Below are positions 41,346 through 50,927 of a DNA stretch of 64,000 bases, one piece after another. The stretch spans positions 288,001-352,000 of the forward strand of contig CAVWIH010000014.1 of NCBI GenBank assembly GCA_963755025.1. Reading direction: 5' to 3'. Positions within the stretch are counted from its first letter, which is position 1; each line of letters opens with the position of its first letter. A model generated the notes under the pieces. It did no database searches and had not been told where the DNA came from. It saw only the letters and a list, made by a program, of their open reading frames with translations. A program made the position numbers and the translations under genes. This DNA is from an uncultured Actinomycetes bacterium (lineage in GTDB: Bacteria > Actinomycetota > Thermoleophilia > UBA2241).

Positions 41346-42047
41346 ATGAGTCCGGCCGCTCACAGACGGGGCGGCGGCGCGCGGCGCCGGCCGCCGCAGC
41401 CCGGTGTGCCGGCCCTGCCGCCCGGACTCGCGCCCTTGGACGCGGCCGATCTCGGCGCCGACGCCGAGCTCTCCGACGTCGAACTGCTCGACCTCGACCT
41501 GCGCGACGGGCGGCTCAGCGCCCTGTCGCTCGAGACGGCCCGCGTGAAGGACTGCCGGTTCGACGGCGCCGAGCTGCGCCGCCTGCGCTGCCGCCAGGTC
41601 GTCTTTGAGACCTGCGACTTCGCCAACACGCGCTGGTTCGACTGCGAGCTCTCCGACGTCGCCTTTCTCGACTGCCGCTTCATCGGCGCCAGCATCACCG
41701 GGGGTGGCCTGTCGGCCGTGTTCCTGCGCGACTGCCTTGCGCAGCTCGCCAAGCTCTCTCACCTGGGGCGCCCGCACGCGCTGCTCGAGGGCTGCGACCT
41801 GCGCGGCGCGCTGGTCCTCGAGAGTGACCTGGGCGAGCTGCGCTTCTCGGGCTGCGACCTCGAGGGCCTCGAGTTCGCCGGCGTCAGCCTCGCCGGCGCC
41901 GACCTGCGCGGCAACGAGCTCGCCGGCCTCAAGGGCGTCGCCTGCCTGCGCGGCGCCACGATCGACGGCCTGCAGCTGCTCGCGCTCGCGCCGGCCCTGG
42001 CGGCGCAGCTCGGTGTCGTCGTCGAGCAGGCCGGCATAGACGCCTAG
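41346..42047 (+). CDS. Pentapeptide-repeat protein
   Basis: Repeated (C/A)(D/R)(F/L)xx units. Confidence 0.8.
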   Translation: MSPAAHRRGGGARRRPPQPGVPALPPGLAPLDAADLGADAELSDVELLDLDLRDGRLSALSLETARVKDCRFDGAELRRLRCRQVVFETCDFANTRWFDCELSDVAFLDCRFIGASITGGGLSAVFLRDCLAQLAKLSHLGRPHALLEGCDLRGALVLESDLGELRFSGCDLEGLEFAGVSLAGADLRGNELAGLKGVACLRGATIDGLQLLALAPALAAQLGVVVEQAGIDA

Positions 42048-43462
42048 CCCAGCGGCCCCCGGCAGGGCGAGCCCGTCAGGGCTTCGGGGCTCAGGACCTC
42101 GTCGAGCCGCTCGCGGGTCAGCAGTCCGTGCGCCAGCACGACCTCTTGCACGGTGCGGCCCGTCGCGGCCGCTTCCTTGGCGACGGCCGTGGCCTGCGCG
42201 TAGCCGATGATCGGGTTGAGCGCGGTGGCCAGGCCGATCGAGTTCTCGACCTGGGCCCTGAGGTGGTCGACGTTCGCCGTGATGCCGCCCACGCAGCGCT
42301 CGGCGAGCGTGCGGCAGCCCATCTCGAGGTGCGTGATGCTCTCGAACAGGGCGTGGGCGATGATCGGCTCGAAGGCGTTCAGCTGCAGCTGGCCGGCCTC
42401 GGCGGCCATGCTCACCGTGACGTCGTTGCCGATCACCTCGAAGGCGATCTGGTTGACGACCTCGGGGATGACCGGGTTGATCTTGCCGGGCATGATGCTC
42501 GAGCCGGCCTGCACCGGCGGCAGGTTGATCTCGCCGAGACCCGCCCGCGGACCCGACGACAGCAGCCGCAGGTCGTTGCAGATCTTGGAGACCTTGACGG
42601 CGATGCGCTTGAGCACGCCCGAGACCTGCACGTACGAGCCCGGGTCCTGGGTGGCCTCGATCAGGTTCGGCGAGATCGAGAGGGCGATGCCGGTGAGCTC
42701 GCTCAGATAGCGCAGCGCGACCTCGGAGTAGCCGGGCGGCGCGTTCAGCTTGGTGCCGATGGCGGTGCCCCCCAGGTTCACCTCTTCGATGAGCCGGCAG
42801 GCTTCGGACAGGCGGTGCTCATCTTCGCCGATCATGACCGCGTACGTGGTGAACTCCTGCCCGAGCGTCATGGGCACGGCGTCCTGGAGCTGCGTGCGCC
42901 CCATCTTCACGGCGTCGGTCAGCGTGGCGGCCTTGGCGGCAAAGGCGGTGCGCAGCACGCTCATGGCGTCGAGCAGGCGGTCGGCGGCCCAGCGCAGCGC
43001 CACCTTCACCGCGGTCGGATAGACGTCGTTGGTGCTCTGCCCCTGGTTGACGTCGTCGTTGGGGTGCAGGTACTGGTACTCGCCGCGCTGGTGGCCGAGG
43101 TGCTCCAGGGCGCGGTTGGCGATGACCTCGTTGGCGTTCATGTTGGCCGAGGTGCCGGCCCCACCCTGGATGACGTCGACCACGAACTGCTCGTGCAACC
43201 GCCCCGAGCGCACCTCGTCGCAAGCCTTGATGATGGCGGCCGCCTTCTCGGCGCTGAGCAAGCCGAGGTCGCGGTTGGCGGCGGCGGCGGCGTGCTTGAC
43301 CGCGGCCAGCGCGTTTACCAGGTCGGGGTAGGCCGACATGGCGATGCCGCTGATGGGAAAGTTCTCGCGCGCGCGCAACGTGTGGATGCCGTAGTAGGCG
43401 TCGGCCGGCACCAGGCGGTCGCCCAGAAGGTCGTGTTCGACGCGGGTCTCGGCTGCGGGCAT
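42044..43462 (-). CDS. aspA: Aspartate ammonia-lyase
   Basis: QGGAGTS.NMN, STND.YP, GRTQLQDA, GSSIMPGKINP. Confidence 0.93.
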   Translation of the reverse strand: MPAAETRVEHDLLGDRLVPADAYYGIHTLRARENFPISGIAMSAYPDLVNALAAVKHAAAAANRDLGLLSAEKAAAIIKACDEVRSGRLHEQFVVDVIQGGAGTSANMNANEVIANRALEHLGHQRGEYQYLHPNDDVNQGQSTNDVYPTAVKVALRWAADRLLDAMSVLRTAFAAKAATLTDAVKMGRTQLQDAVPMTLGQEFTTYAVMIGEDEHRLSEACRLIEEVNLGGTAIGTKLNAPPGYSEVALRYLSELTGIALSISPNLIEATQDPGSYVQVSGVLKRIAVKVSKICNDLRLLSSGPRAGLGEINLPPVQAGSSIMPGKINPVIPEVVNQIAFEVIGNDVTVSMAAEAGQLQLNAFEPIIAHALFESITHLEMGCRTLAERCVGGITANVDHLRAQVENSIGLATALNPIIGYAQATAVAKEAAATGRTVQEVVLAHGLLTRERLDEVLSPEALTGSPCRGPLG

Positions 43463-43695
43463 GGGGCGCCTCCGGCGGTTGCGTTTGACCGGCGGTCCCG
43501 CAGGAGTCGGGTCTTCGCGACCGGGCCGCCGGATGCCCAGTGTGCCGCCGAATCGCGCGGCCCACAACCCTGTGGAAACCTGTGGACTGGTGTACGCGCG
43601 CCGCAAACCGAGCAAAGTCGAGACACAACTTATTGCGTTGCAACCACTAAAGTGCTTAGACTTCCACAAACTTCCTCGCGGAGAAAGGTTGCGAC

Positions 43696-44538
43696 GTGGG
43701 CGACGCGATACCCGAAGAGCGACGTCTTGTCATCATGGAGCGTGTGCGCAGCCGCTCGCTGGTCAAGCCCGCCGAGCTCGCCGGCGAGCTCGGCGTCTCG
43801 ATCGAGACCATCCGTCGCGACCTGGTGGCCCTCGAAGAAGACGGCCTGGTGCGACGCGTCTACGGCGGCGCCACGCGCACCACGGGGCGCGCCTTCGAGC
43901 CCACCTTCGAAAAGCGCCGCATGCGCCACCGCGAGCGCAAGATCGCCATCGCCCGGCTGGCGGCGAGCCTCATCAAGCCCGGCGACACGCTCATTCTCGA
44001 CATCGGCACGAGCGTCGCCGAGCTGGCCGCCGAGCTGCCCCGCAGCCATCGCGGCATCGTGCTCACCAACTCGCTGCTCGTGGCCAACGCGCTGGCCGAC
44101 CGCGAGGGCATCGAGGTGACCACGTCGGGCGGCCGGGTGCGACCCGGCGACCTCGCCTGTTTCGGGCCCGTGAGCGAAGCCTTCTTTCGCGACTACTTCG
44201 CCGACAAGGCGTTCCTGGGCTCCGGCGGCGTGCACCCTGAGATGGGCCTCACCGACTACTACCCCGACGAGATCGCCTCGCGCCGCGTCATCTTGCAACA
44301 CGCCGCCGAAAGCTTCGTGCTGGCCGATTCGTCAAAGCTCGGCAAGGTGGCCTTGCGCAAGGTCGCGGCCGTCGACGCCCTGACCGCGGTGATCACCGAC
44401 GACGGCGCCAACGAGCAAGACGTCGAGCGCCTCGAGGCGGCCGGCGTGACCGTGCTGGTCGCCCCTGTCGAACGGGCCGGGTCAGACGAGCTCGCCGAGA
44501 CTCTCGTGCACCAAGGAGGGCCCCTGAACGAGCACTGA
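43696..44538 (+). CDS. DeoR/GlpR family transcriptional regulator
   Basis: VSIETIRRDL..LE, YGGA, LDIGTS, LTNS, LADSSK. Confidence 0.92.
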   Translation: MGDAIPEERRLVIMERVRSRSLVKPAELAGELGVSIETIRRDLVALEEDGLVRRVYGGATRTTGRAFEPTFEKRRMRHRERKIAIARLAASLIKPGDTLILDIGTSVAELAAELPRSHRGIVLTNSLLVANALADREGIEVTTSGGRVRPGDLACFGPVSEAFFRDYFADKAFLGSGGVHPEMGLTDYYPDEIASRRVILQHAAESFVLADSSKLGKVALRKVAAVDALTAVITDDGANEQDVERLEAAGVTVLVAPVERAGSDELAETLVHQGGPLNEH

Positions 44539-44614
44539 CACCGGCCTTTTTTCGTGACGCAGGCGGTCCTTGGGGGGCCGCCGACAGCTACAAAGGCAAG
44601 AGAGGGGGAGTCCC

Positions 44615-46102
44615 GTGGAAACAACAACTGCTCCCGAAAGGGAGCTCAGCAAGTTCGGTTACGAGCAAGACTTCGACCGCACGTTGCACCGCTTCGCGTC
44701 GTTTGCGATCGGGTTTTCGTTCATCTCCATCACCACCGGCATCTTCACCACCTACGGCGCCGTCCTCAACTCGTCGGGGCCGCTCGGCATCTGGACCTGG
44801 CCGATCGTCATCGTCGGGCAGCTCATGGTGGCCCTGGTGTTCGGCTCGCTCGCCAGCCGCATGCCGCTGGCCGGCTACACCTACCAATGGATGTCGCGCC
44901 TGGCCAACCCGCTGATCGGCTGGCTGGTGGGCTGGTTCATGTTCGCCTTCCTCATCGTCGACGTCGTGGCAGTCGACTACGCCGTCGCGTCGGCGGTGGC
45001 GCCGGTGCTGTTCGGCTACACCGGCACGACGGCCAACACCTGGATCGTCACCGCCCTCGTGATCGCCGTGCAGTGCCTCCTGATCATGTTCTCGACGCTC
45101 TGGTCGGAACGCGTCAACAACGTGGCCGTGGGCACCGAGCTGATCGGCATCGGCGGCCTGACCATCCTCATCGTGGTCGTGGGCGCCATCACCAACAAGC
45201 TCTACTGGGGGCACCTCTTCAACCGCGGCGCGGCAGCCGCCACCCACCCCTACTTCGGCCTGGGCACCATCAGCCACGACAGTCCCTGGGTGCTGGCTTT
45301 CCTGCTCGGCGCCTTCACCATCGTGGGCTTCGAGGCCTGCGGCAACCTGGCCGAGGAGACCAACGAGCCCGAAAAGGTCGTGCCGCGCGCCATGTGGATG
45401 TCGGTGCTGCTCTCCGGCGTGCTCGGCTTTCTCTTCCTGCTCGCCATCACCATCGCCACCTGGAACATCCCCGCGCTGACCTCGTCGGGCACGCCGGTGG
45501 CCGACATCGTCGACCACGTGCTGGGCTCTGTCGTCGGCAAGATCTTCCTCGTCATGGTGTTCTTCTCGATCTTCGCCTGCGGCCTCGTGATCTACATCAC
45601 GGCCAGCCGCGTGGCCTGGGCCATGTCGCGCGACGAGCGCTTCCCGGGCTGGAAGGCCATGCGCCGCGTCAGCAAGTCGTACCGCACGCCGCTCATCGCG
45701 ACGGTCGTCGTGGGCGTCGTGCTCGAGGTCGTGCTGGCCGCCTTCGCGCAGAGCACCGGCGCGCTGTTCAAGCTGTTCAGCGCCGCCACGCTCATGCCGG
45801 CGATCATCTACTTCATCACCGTGATCCTCTTCATGTTCGCGCGCAAAAAGCTGCCGCACGTGCCGGGCGGCTTCGACCTCGGCGCCTGGGAGTGGCCCGT
45901 CATCATCGTCTCGCTGGTGTGGCTCGTCTTCGAGCTGTCGATCTTCCGTGACTCGTCGTTCAAGGATCCCTGGATCTACGTCGTCATCATGGTCGCCATC
46001 GGCCTGATCTACTTCGTCTACATGCTGGCGACCGGGCGCTCCCTGACCATGCCCGGCGAGGCCATCGACCCCGAGAAGGTCTCCGCAGACTCGGAGCGCT
46101 GA
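44615..46102 (+). CDS. APC family amino acid/amine permease
   Basis: GYEQ, FASFAIGFS, GFEA..NLAEET, SR..WAMSRD; about 12 TM helices. Confidence 0.9.
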   Translation: METTTAPERELSKFGYEQDFDRTLHRFASFAIGFSFISITTGIFTTYGAVLNSSGPLGIWTWPIVIVGQLMVALVFGSLASRMPLAGYTYQWMSRLANPLIGWLVGWFMFAFLIVDVVAVDYAVASAVAPVLFGYTGTTANTWIVTALVIAVQCLLIMFSTLWSERVNNVAVGTELIGIGGLTILIVVVGAITNKLYWGHLFNRGAAAATHPYFGLGTISHDSPWVLAFLLGAFTIVGFEACGNLAEETNEPEKVVPRAMWMSVLLSGVLGFLFLLAITIATWNIPALTSSGTPVADIVDHVLGSVVGKIFLVMVFFSIFACGLVIYITASRVAWAMSRDERFPGWKAMRRVSKSYRTPLIATVVVGVVLEVVLAAFAQSTGALFKLFSAATLMPAIIYFITVILFMFARKKLPHVPGGFDLGAWEWPVIIVSLVWLVFELSIFRDSSFKDPWIYVVIMVAIGLIYFVYMLATGRSLTMPGEAIDPEKVSADSER

Positions 46103-46232
46103 CGGCGACTCCGCTACCCTGCCGCCCGCCCGCGGGCGGCGCGAGCGGCGCGACGGCCCGCCCCCATGTGGCCGTCGCGCCGCCTTCACCCCAGGTCGTC
46201 GAGGCACCCTCATCGCGGAAAGGCGAACGCGC

Positions 46233-47765
46233 ATGGCGAAGAAGTACATACTGGCCCACGACACGGGCACCGGCGGCGACAAGGCGGTCCTGACCGACCT
46301 CGAAGGCCGCATCGTCGAGTCGGCCTACCAGCCCTACGAGATCTACACGCCGCGCCCCGACTGGGCCGAGCAAGACCCCGACGAGCTCTGGAGCGCCGTC
46401 GCGGCCACCACCCGCGAGGTGCTCGCCAAGTCCCAGATCGACCCCGCCGAGGTCCTCGGCGTGGGCGTCTCGGCGCAGATGTTCAACCTGCTGCCGGTCG
46501 ACGAGCAGTGCCGTCCGGTGACGCCCATGCTGAGCTGGCTCGACGTGCGCAGCGTGGCGCAGGCCGACCGCCTGCTCACCGACGACATGCAGGCCTTCCT
46601 CTACGAGCACACCGGCAACATGCCGACCGCCAAAGACGTGGTGCCCAAGATCCTCTGGCTCAAAGAGGAGCGTCCCGACCTGTGGGAGCGCACCCGCTGG
46701 CTGCTCGACTGCAAGGAGTACATCCTCTTCAAACTCACCGGCGAGGTGGCCATCGACTGGCACGGCGCCAGCGTCTTCTTCTTGTTCAACCCGCACACCA
46801 AGACCTGGGACCAGGAGGTCTGCGACCGCCTCGGCATTCCCGTCGACAAGCTGCCGCCGGCGTTCCCGTGCACCAAAGTGATCGGCGAGGTGACCGCCGC
46901 GGCGGCCGCGCAGACCGGCCTGCCGGCGGGCACGCCGGTCGTGCTGTGCGCCGGCGACGTGGCGGTGGCCCAGTCGGGCTCGGGCGCCAACCGCGAGGGC
47001 AAGGCCCACCTCTGCATCGGCACGGCCACCTGGGTGGGCGTGTCGAGCACCGCCCTGCGCAACGACCCCGACAAGCCGTTCTGGGCGCTCAACCACATCG
47101 ACCCCGCCAAGTTCGTCATCGCCGGCGAGATGGAGACCGGCGGCGGCGCGCTGCAGTGGTACCGCAACCTGCTGGGCGGCGAAGAAGCGCGCGCCGCCAA
47201 GGAGCGCGGCGTGTCGACCTACCAGGTCTTCGACGAGCTCGCCGCCACGGCCCCGGCGGGCAGCGACGGCCTGTTCTTCACGCCCTGGCTGTCGGGCGAG
47301 CGCGCCCCGGTGCTCGACCACTACGCGCGCGGCGGCTTTCTGGGGCTCTCCATGGGCCACACCCGCGCCCACCTCACGCGCTCGGTCATGGAGGGCATCG
47401 CCTTCCACATCCGCTGGATCATCGAGGCCATGGAGATGGTCGGCTTTGAGATCGACGAGATGCAGGCCATCGGTGGCGGTAGCGTGAGCGCGCTCTGGAC
47501 TCAGATCATCGCCGACGTCACGGCGCGCCGCCTGAACGTGGTCGAGAACCCGCTCGAGGCCGGCGCCATGGGCGCCGCGCTCACCGTAGCGGTCGGCCTC
47601 GGCGTCTACCCGAGCATGGACGCGGTCGACGACCTGATCAAGGTCAAGGCCGTCTTCGAGCCGCAGCCCGCCAACCACGACGTCTACGAGCGCATGTACG
47701 ACACCTACCGGCAGTTCTATGCGGCGCTGGCCCCGATCTACAGGGCCAGCGCGACGCACGCCTAG
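46233..47765 (+). CDS. FGGY family carbohydrate kinase (xylulokinase-like)
   Basis: HDTGTGG.K, EQDP, W.D.RS, GERAP, GGGS.S..W.QI.ADV. Confidence 0.9.
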   Translation: MAKKYILAHDTGTGGDKAVLTDLEGRIVESAYQPYEIYTPRPDWAEQDPDELWSAVAATTREVLAKSQIDPAEVLGVGVSAQMFNLLPVDEQCRPVTPMLSWLDVRSVAQADRLLTDDMQAFLYEHTGNMPTAKDVVPKILWLKEERPDLWERTRWLLDCKEYILFKLTGEVAIDWHGASVFFLFNPHTKTWDQEVCDRLGIPVDKLPPAFPCTKVIGEVTAAAAAQTGLPAGTPVVLCAGDVAVAQSGSGANREGKAHLCIGTATWVGVSSTALRNDPDKPFWALNHIDPAKFVIAGEMETGGGALQWYRNLLGGEEARAAKERGVSTYQVFDELAATAPAGSDGLFFTPWLSGERAPVLDHYARGGFLGLSMGHTRAHLTRSVMEGIAFHIRWIIEAMEMVGFEIDEMQAIGGGSVSALWTQIIADVTARRLNVVENPLEAGAMGAALTVAVGLGVYPSMDAVDDLIKVKAVFEPQPANHDVYERMYDTYRQFYAALAPIYRASATHA

Positions 47766-47860
47766 GCGGCCTGCGCAACGCTGCGGCGGCCTACGCAAGG
47801 CTGGGCGGCCTACGCAAGACTGGGCGGCCTGCGCAGGTCTCGGCGGCCCGCGCACGCGTA
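47762..47860. repeat. About 5 x 19-20-bp imperfect tandem repeat after the kinase stop codon
   Basis: ggcggcct(a/g)cgca core units. Confidence 0.75.
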
Positions 47861-47879
47861 GGCCGCCCAGACCTGCCTG

Positions 47880-48536
47880 TCAGTTGCTGATCGCCGGCAG
47901 CGCCCTGAGGTAGGTCGTGTCGTCGAGCTGACCGACCAGGAACGCGGCGATGTCGGCGCGCGTCATCGCCCAGCCCATCTGGTCACGCCCCAGAAACCCG
48001 ACGCGCAGGGTGCCCTTGGCGGGACCGTCGGTGGGGTTGGTGATGCGCACGATCGTCCAGTCGAGGCCGGAGCCGGTGACGGCCGCGGTCATGCCGCCCA
48101 GCTCGATCAGCGCGTTGGGGAACATGAACCCGGCCAGCACCGGCAGCAGCCTGGCCTTCAGCGTGGGAAGGTCGCGGGGGTCGGCGACGCTCGGCGTCGC
48201 CAGGCCGATGAACCGCCGCACGCCGCCCTCGCGCATGGCCGCCACGATGGCGCTCGTGCCGGCGGCGACCGGCGTGCCCAGGGCCCCGAGCTTGAGCGAA
48301 GGTCCCAGGGCGCTGATGACGGCGTCGCTGCCGCCTACCACCTCGCCCACCGCAGCAGCGTCGGAGAGCTGCCCGGCGCGCACGATGAGCCGTGGGTGAA
48401 CGGCGGTAAGCTTGGCGGGGTCGCGGGCCAGCACGACGACGTCGTGGCCGCCGTCGAGGAGCCGCGCGACCACCAGACGCCCGATCTTGCCGGTGGCCCC
48501 GAAGACGGCGACGCGCCCGGGCGTGGCCGCGCTCAC
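47880..48536 (-). CDS. NAD(P)H-binding atypical SDR (flavin reductase/BVR-B-like)
   Basis: FGATGKIG, DAVISALG, LDWTIVR, RADIA. Confidence 0.88.
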   Translation of the reverse strand: MSAATPGRVAVFGATGKIGRLVVARLLDGGHDVVVLARDPAKLTAVHPRLIVRAGQLSDAAAVGEVVGGSDAVISALGPSLKLGALGTPVAAGTSAIVAAMREGGVRRFIGLATPSVADPRDLPTLKARLLPVLAGFMFPNALIELGGMTAAVTGSGLDWTIVRITNPTDGPAKGTLRVGFLGRDQMGWAMTRADIAAFLVGQLDDTTYLRALPAISN

Positions 48537-49453
48537 GAGACGCTCAGGGCGAGCTTGCCGATGTGCGGTGCGACGAAATCGGCAAGGGCCTGCGGGGCCT
48601 GGCCGAGCCCGTAGGTGTGAGCGATCGGCACGCGCAGCGCCCCACTCGCCACGTCGGCGGCCAGCTGGTCGAGGGTGCCCGCCTCGGGGCTCGCCATGAC
48701 GGCTAGGGCCGGCGGGTCGCCGTCTGCGCCGTAGCCCAGGGTCGACACCAGGCGTCCGCCTTCGGCGAGCAGGCCGGCGAGCTCTCCGCCGTCGCCGGCC
48801 AGGTGGACGACGGCGGGTACGCCCGCCGGCGCGATCGCACGCACCTGCGCACCCAGGTCGCCGGTGTAGTCGACGACGTGGCTTGCCCCCAGGCCGCGCA
48901 CGAACTCATCCTCGCCGCCGGCTCGCGCGGTGGCGACCACCACGGCGCCGGCGGCGACCGCGTACTGCACGGCGAGCGCGCCCACGCCACCGGTGGCGCC
49001 GCTGATCAGAACGAGCTCGCCGGCCGCCGGGGCCAGCGCGTCGATCGCGTTACGCGCGGCGGTGCCCGCCAGGCCAAGCGCGCCGGCTACCTGCGGGTCG
49101 AAGCCGCCGGGCACCAGAGCGATGCCGAACTGCTCGTCGGTCGCGAGGTACTCACCCCAGCCGCCATCGCCCAGGAACGGCTTCATGACGACGCCGAACA
49201 CTTCGTCGCCCACGGCGAACCGCTCGGCGCCCGCTCCCAGCGCCTCTACCGTGCCGGCGAAATCCTTGCCGAGCACGACCGGAAAGCGATGTTCCATCAT
49301 GCCTTTGAGCATGCCGGCCGCGACGGCGGCGTCGAAGCCGTTGACTGAGGAGGCGCGCACGCGCACCAGCACCTCGCCCGGCCCGGGCTGCGGCTGGGGC
49401 ACGTCGGTGAGAGCGGGCGGCGCTCCATACTCGGTGACGGCGATGGCGCGCAT
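48533..49453 (-). CDS. NADP-dependent MDR oxidoreductase (quinone reductase-like)
   Basis: SVN..D, G.DFAG, GATGGVG, GKL. Confidence 0.88.
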   Translation of the reverse strand: MRAIAVTEYGAPPALTDVPQPQPGPGEVLVRVRASSVNGFDAAVAAGMLKGMMEHRFPVVLGKDFAGTVEALGAGAERFAVGDEVFGVVMKPFLGDGGWGEYLATDEQFGIALVPGGFDPQVAGALGLAGTAARNAIDALAPAAGELVLISGATGGVGALAVQYAVAAGAVVVATARAGGEDEFVRGLGASHVVDYTGDLGAQVRAIAPAGVPAVVHLAGDGGELAGLLAEGGRLVSTLGYGADGDPPALAVMASPEAGTLDQLAADVASGALRVPIAHTYGLGQAPQALADFVAPHIGKLALSVS

Positions 49454-49476
49454 GGCGATCCTTTCGTTGGGGAAAC

Positions 49477-49500
49477 TAAGTGGAGTAGCTATTCCACTTA
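49477..49500. promoter_or_regulatory. TetR operator palindrome
   Basis: taagtgga-gtagctat-tccactta between the divergent genes. Confidence 0.75.
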
Positions 49501-49507
49501 AGCTAGG

Positions 49508-50287
49508 GTGAGAAACGTGAGCTCTTCCGCCGACAAAAGCCAGACAGGCCCGGGCCCGCTCGACCCGGGGGCAGGCGACACGATCGCAACCCCGCCCGGC
49601 GGGGCCGACCGCCCCCCGCTGCGCGCCGACGCGCAGCGCAACCGGCAGCGCATCGTGGGGGCGGCTCGCGGGGTGTTCGCCGAGCAGGGGCTCGAGGCGC
49701 CCCTGAACGAGGTCGCACGCCGCGCCGGAGTGGGCATCGCCACGCTGTATCGCCGCTTCCCCACCCGCGAGGCGCTCATCGCCGAGGTCTTCGCCGAGAA
49801 GATGAGCACCTACGCCAAAGCCATCGCCGTGGCGCTCGCCGACCCCGACCCCTGGCGCGGCTTTTGCGCCTTCATCGAGCAGGCCTGCGCCATGCAGGCC
49901 GACGACCACGGCTTCACGGACGTGCTGACCTTGACCTTCCCCACCGCTGCGGCCTTCGAGGCCAAGCGCGTCGCCGCCTATCGCGGGTTCGCCGAGCTGA
50001 TCGCGCGGGCCAAGGCCGCGGGGCGGTTGCGCGCCGATTTTTCGCCCGAGGACCTCGTCTTGCTGCTCATGGCTAACGCCGGCGTCGTCGCCGCTACGGC
50101 CGACGCCGCCCCCGACGCCTGGCGCCGCCTGGTCGCCTACATGACGCAGGCCTTCGCCGCCGGTCACACCGATCCGCTGCCGCCTGCTCCCACGCCGGCC
50201 GCCCTCTACCGCGCCATGCTGCGGCTCAGCCTGCGCGGCTCCGGCTCCGGCGCCGGCGAACCGCCCGAGCGAGGCGGGAGCGCCTGA
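49508..50287 (+). CDS. TetR family transcriptional regulator
   Basis: LRADAQRNR, AGVGIATLYRRFP. Confidence 0.9.
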   Translation: MRNVSSSADKSQTGPGPLDPGAGDTIATPPGGADRPPLRADAQRNRQRIVGAARGVFAEQGLEAPLNEVARRAGVGIATLYRRFPTREALIAEVFAEKMSTYAKAIAVALADPDPWRGFCAFIEQACAMQADDHGFTDVLTLTFPTAAAFEAKRVAAYRGFAELIARAKAAGRLRADFSPEDLVLLLMANAGVVAATADAAPDAWRRLVAYMTQAFAAGHTDPLPPAPTPAALYRAMLRLSLRGSGSGAGEPPERGGSA

Positions 50288-50772
50288 CCGTGCAGTCCGC
50301 CGAACAGCGGCGGGGACTGGTCGTCGGGGCCGCCCGCCAGGCGCTGCAGAGCAGCGCGCAGCGAGTCGACGCACGAGCGGCCGAACCGCGCGCGCCAGCG
50401 CGTCTCGACGTCGCCGAGCAGGCGGCGCGCCGTGTCTCGAGCTTCGAACGGCTGCAGCGCCGCCTGGAGGGCGTCGACCTGGGGCGCACCGAAGCGCTGC
50501 CTCCAGCGCTCGAGCCCCTTCAGCAAATCCCTTGCCGTGCGCGCCCGGGCGTGCAGCTCGGCCACACTGACGCCGTCGGCGTCGACGAATGCCACGACGT
50601 TCGCCCAAATGACCTCGGAGACCAGCCAGGGGGCGCCCCGCGGCGCGCCCGCCCTGCCCGTCGCGCTCGTACGGTGGGGCATGCGGTGCTCGAACTCGTT
50701 GTCGAACTCGATGGTGAAGGCGACCAGCGCCTGCGAGAGCAGCGCGGAGAGCCCCGGAAGGTCGGTCGTCAC
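50206..50772 (-). CDS. Hypothetical protein, possibly internally deleted
   Basis: LSALLSQALVAFTIEFDNEFE N-terminus and two W..RFG units; 3' end overlaps the TetR gene. Confidence 0.45.
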   Translation of the reverse strand: MTTDLPGLSALLSQALVAFTIEFDNEFEHRMPHRTSATGRAGAPRGAPWLVSEVIWANVVAFVDADGVSVAELHARARTARDLLKGLERWRQRFGAPQVDALQAALQPFEARDTARRLLGDVETRWRARFGRSCVDSLRAALQRLAGGPDDQSPPLFGGLHGQALPPRSGGSPAPEPEPRRLSRSMAR

Positions 50773-50927
50773 AGTCCGCTAGACTAGCTCGGTCCGCCAG
50801 ACACCACCGGCGTCCCAGGCCCGCCACCCATCGCATCCTCCCAGCCGACGACCCTCCCGCGAAAGAGCGGGACTTTGCTAGAGGTGTCGCCGTCTGGCGA
50901 CCGTTCTAGTCGTCGGCCGAAGCGGCC

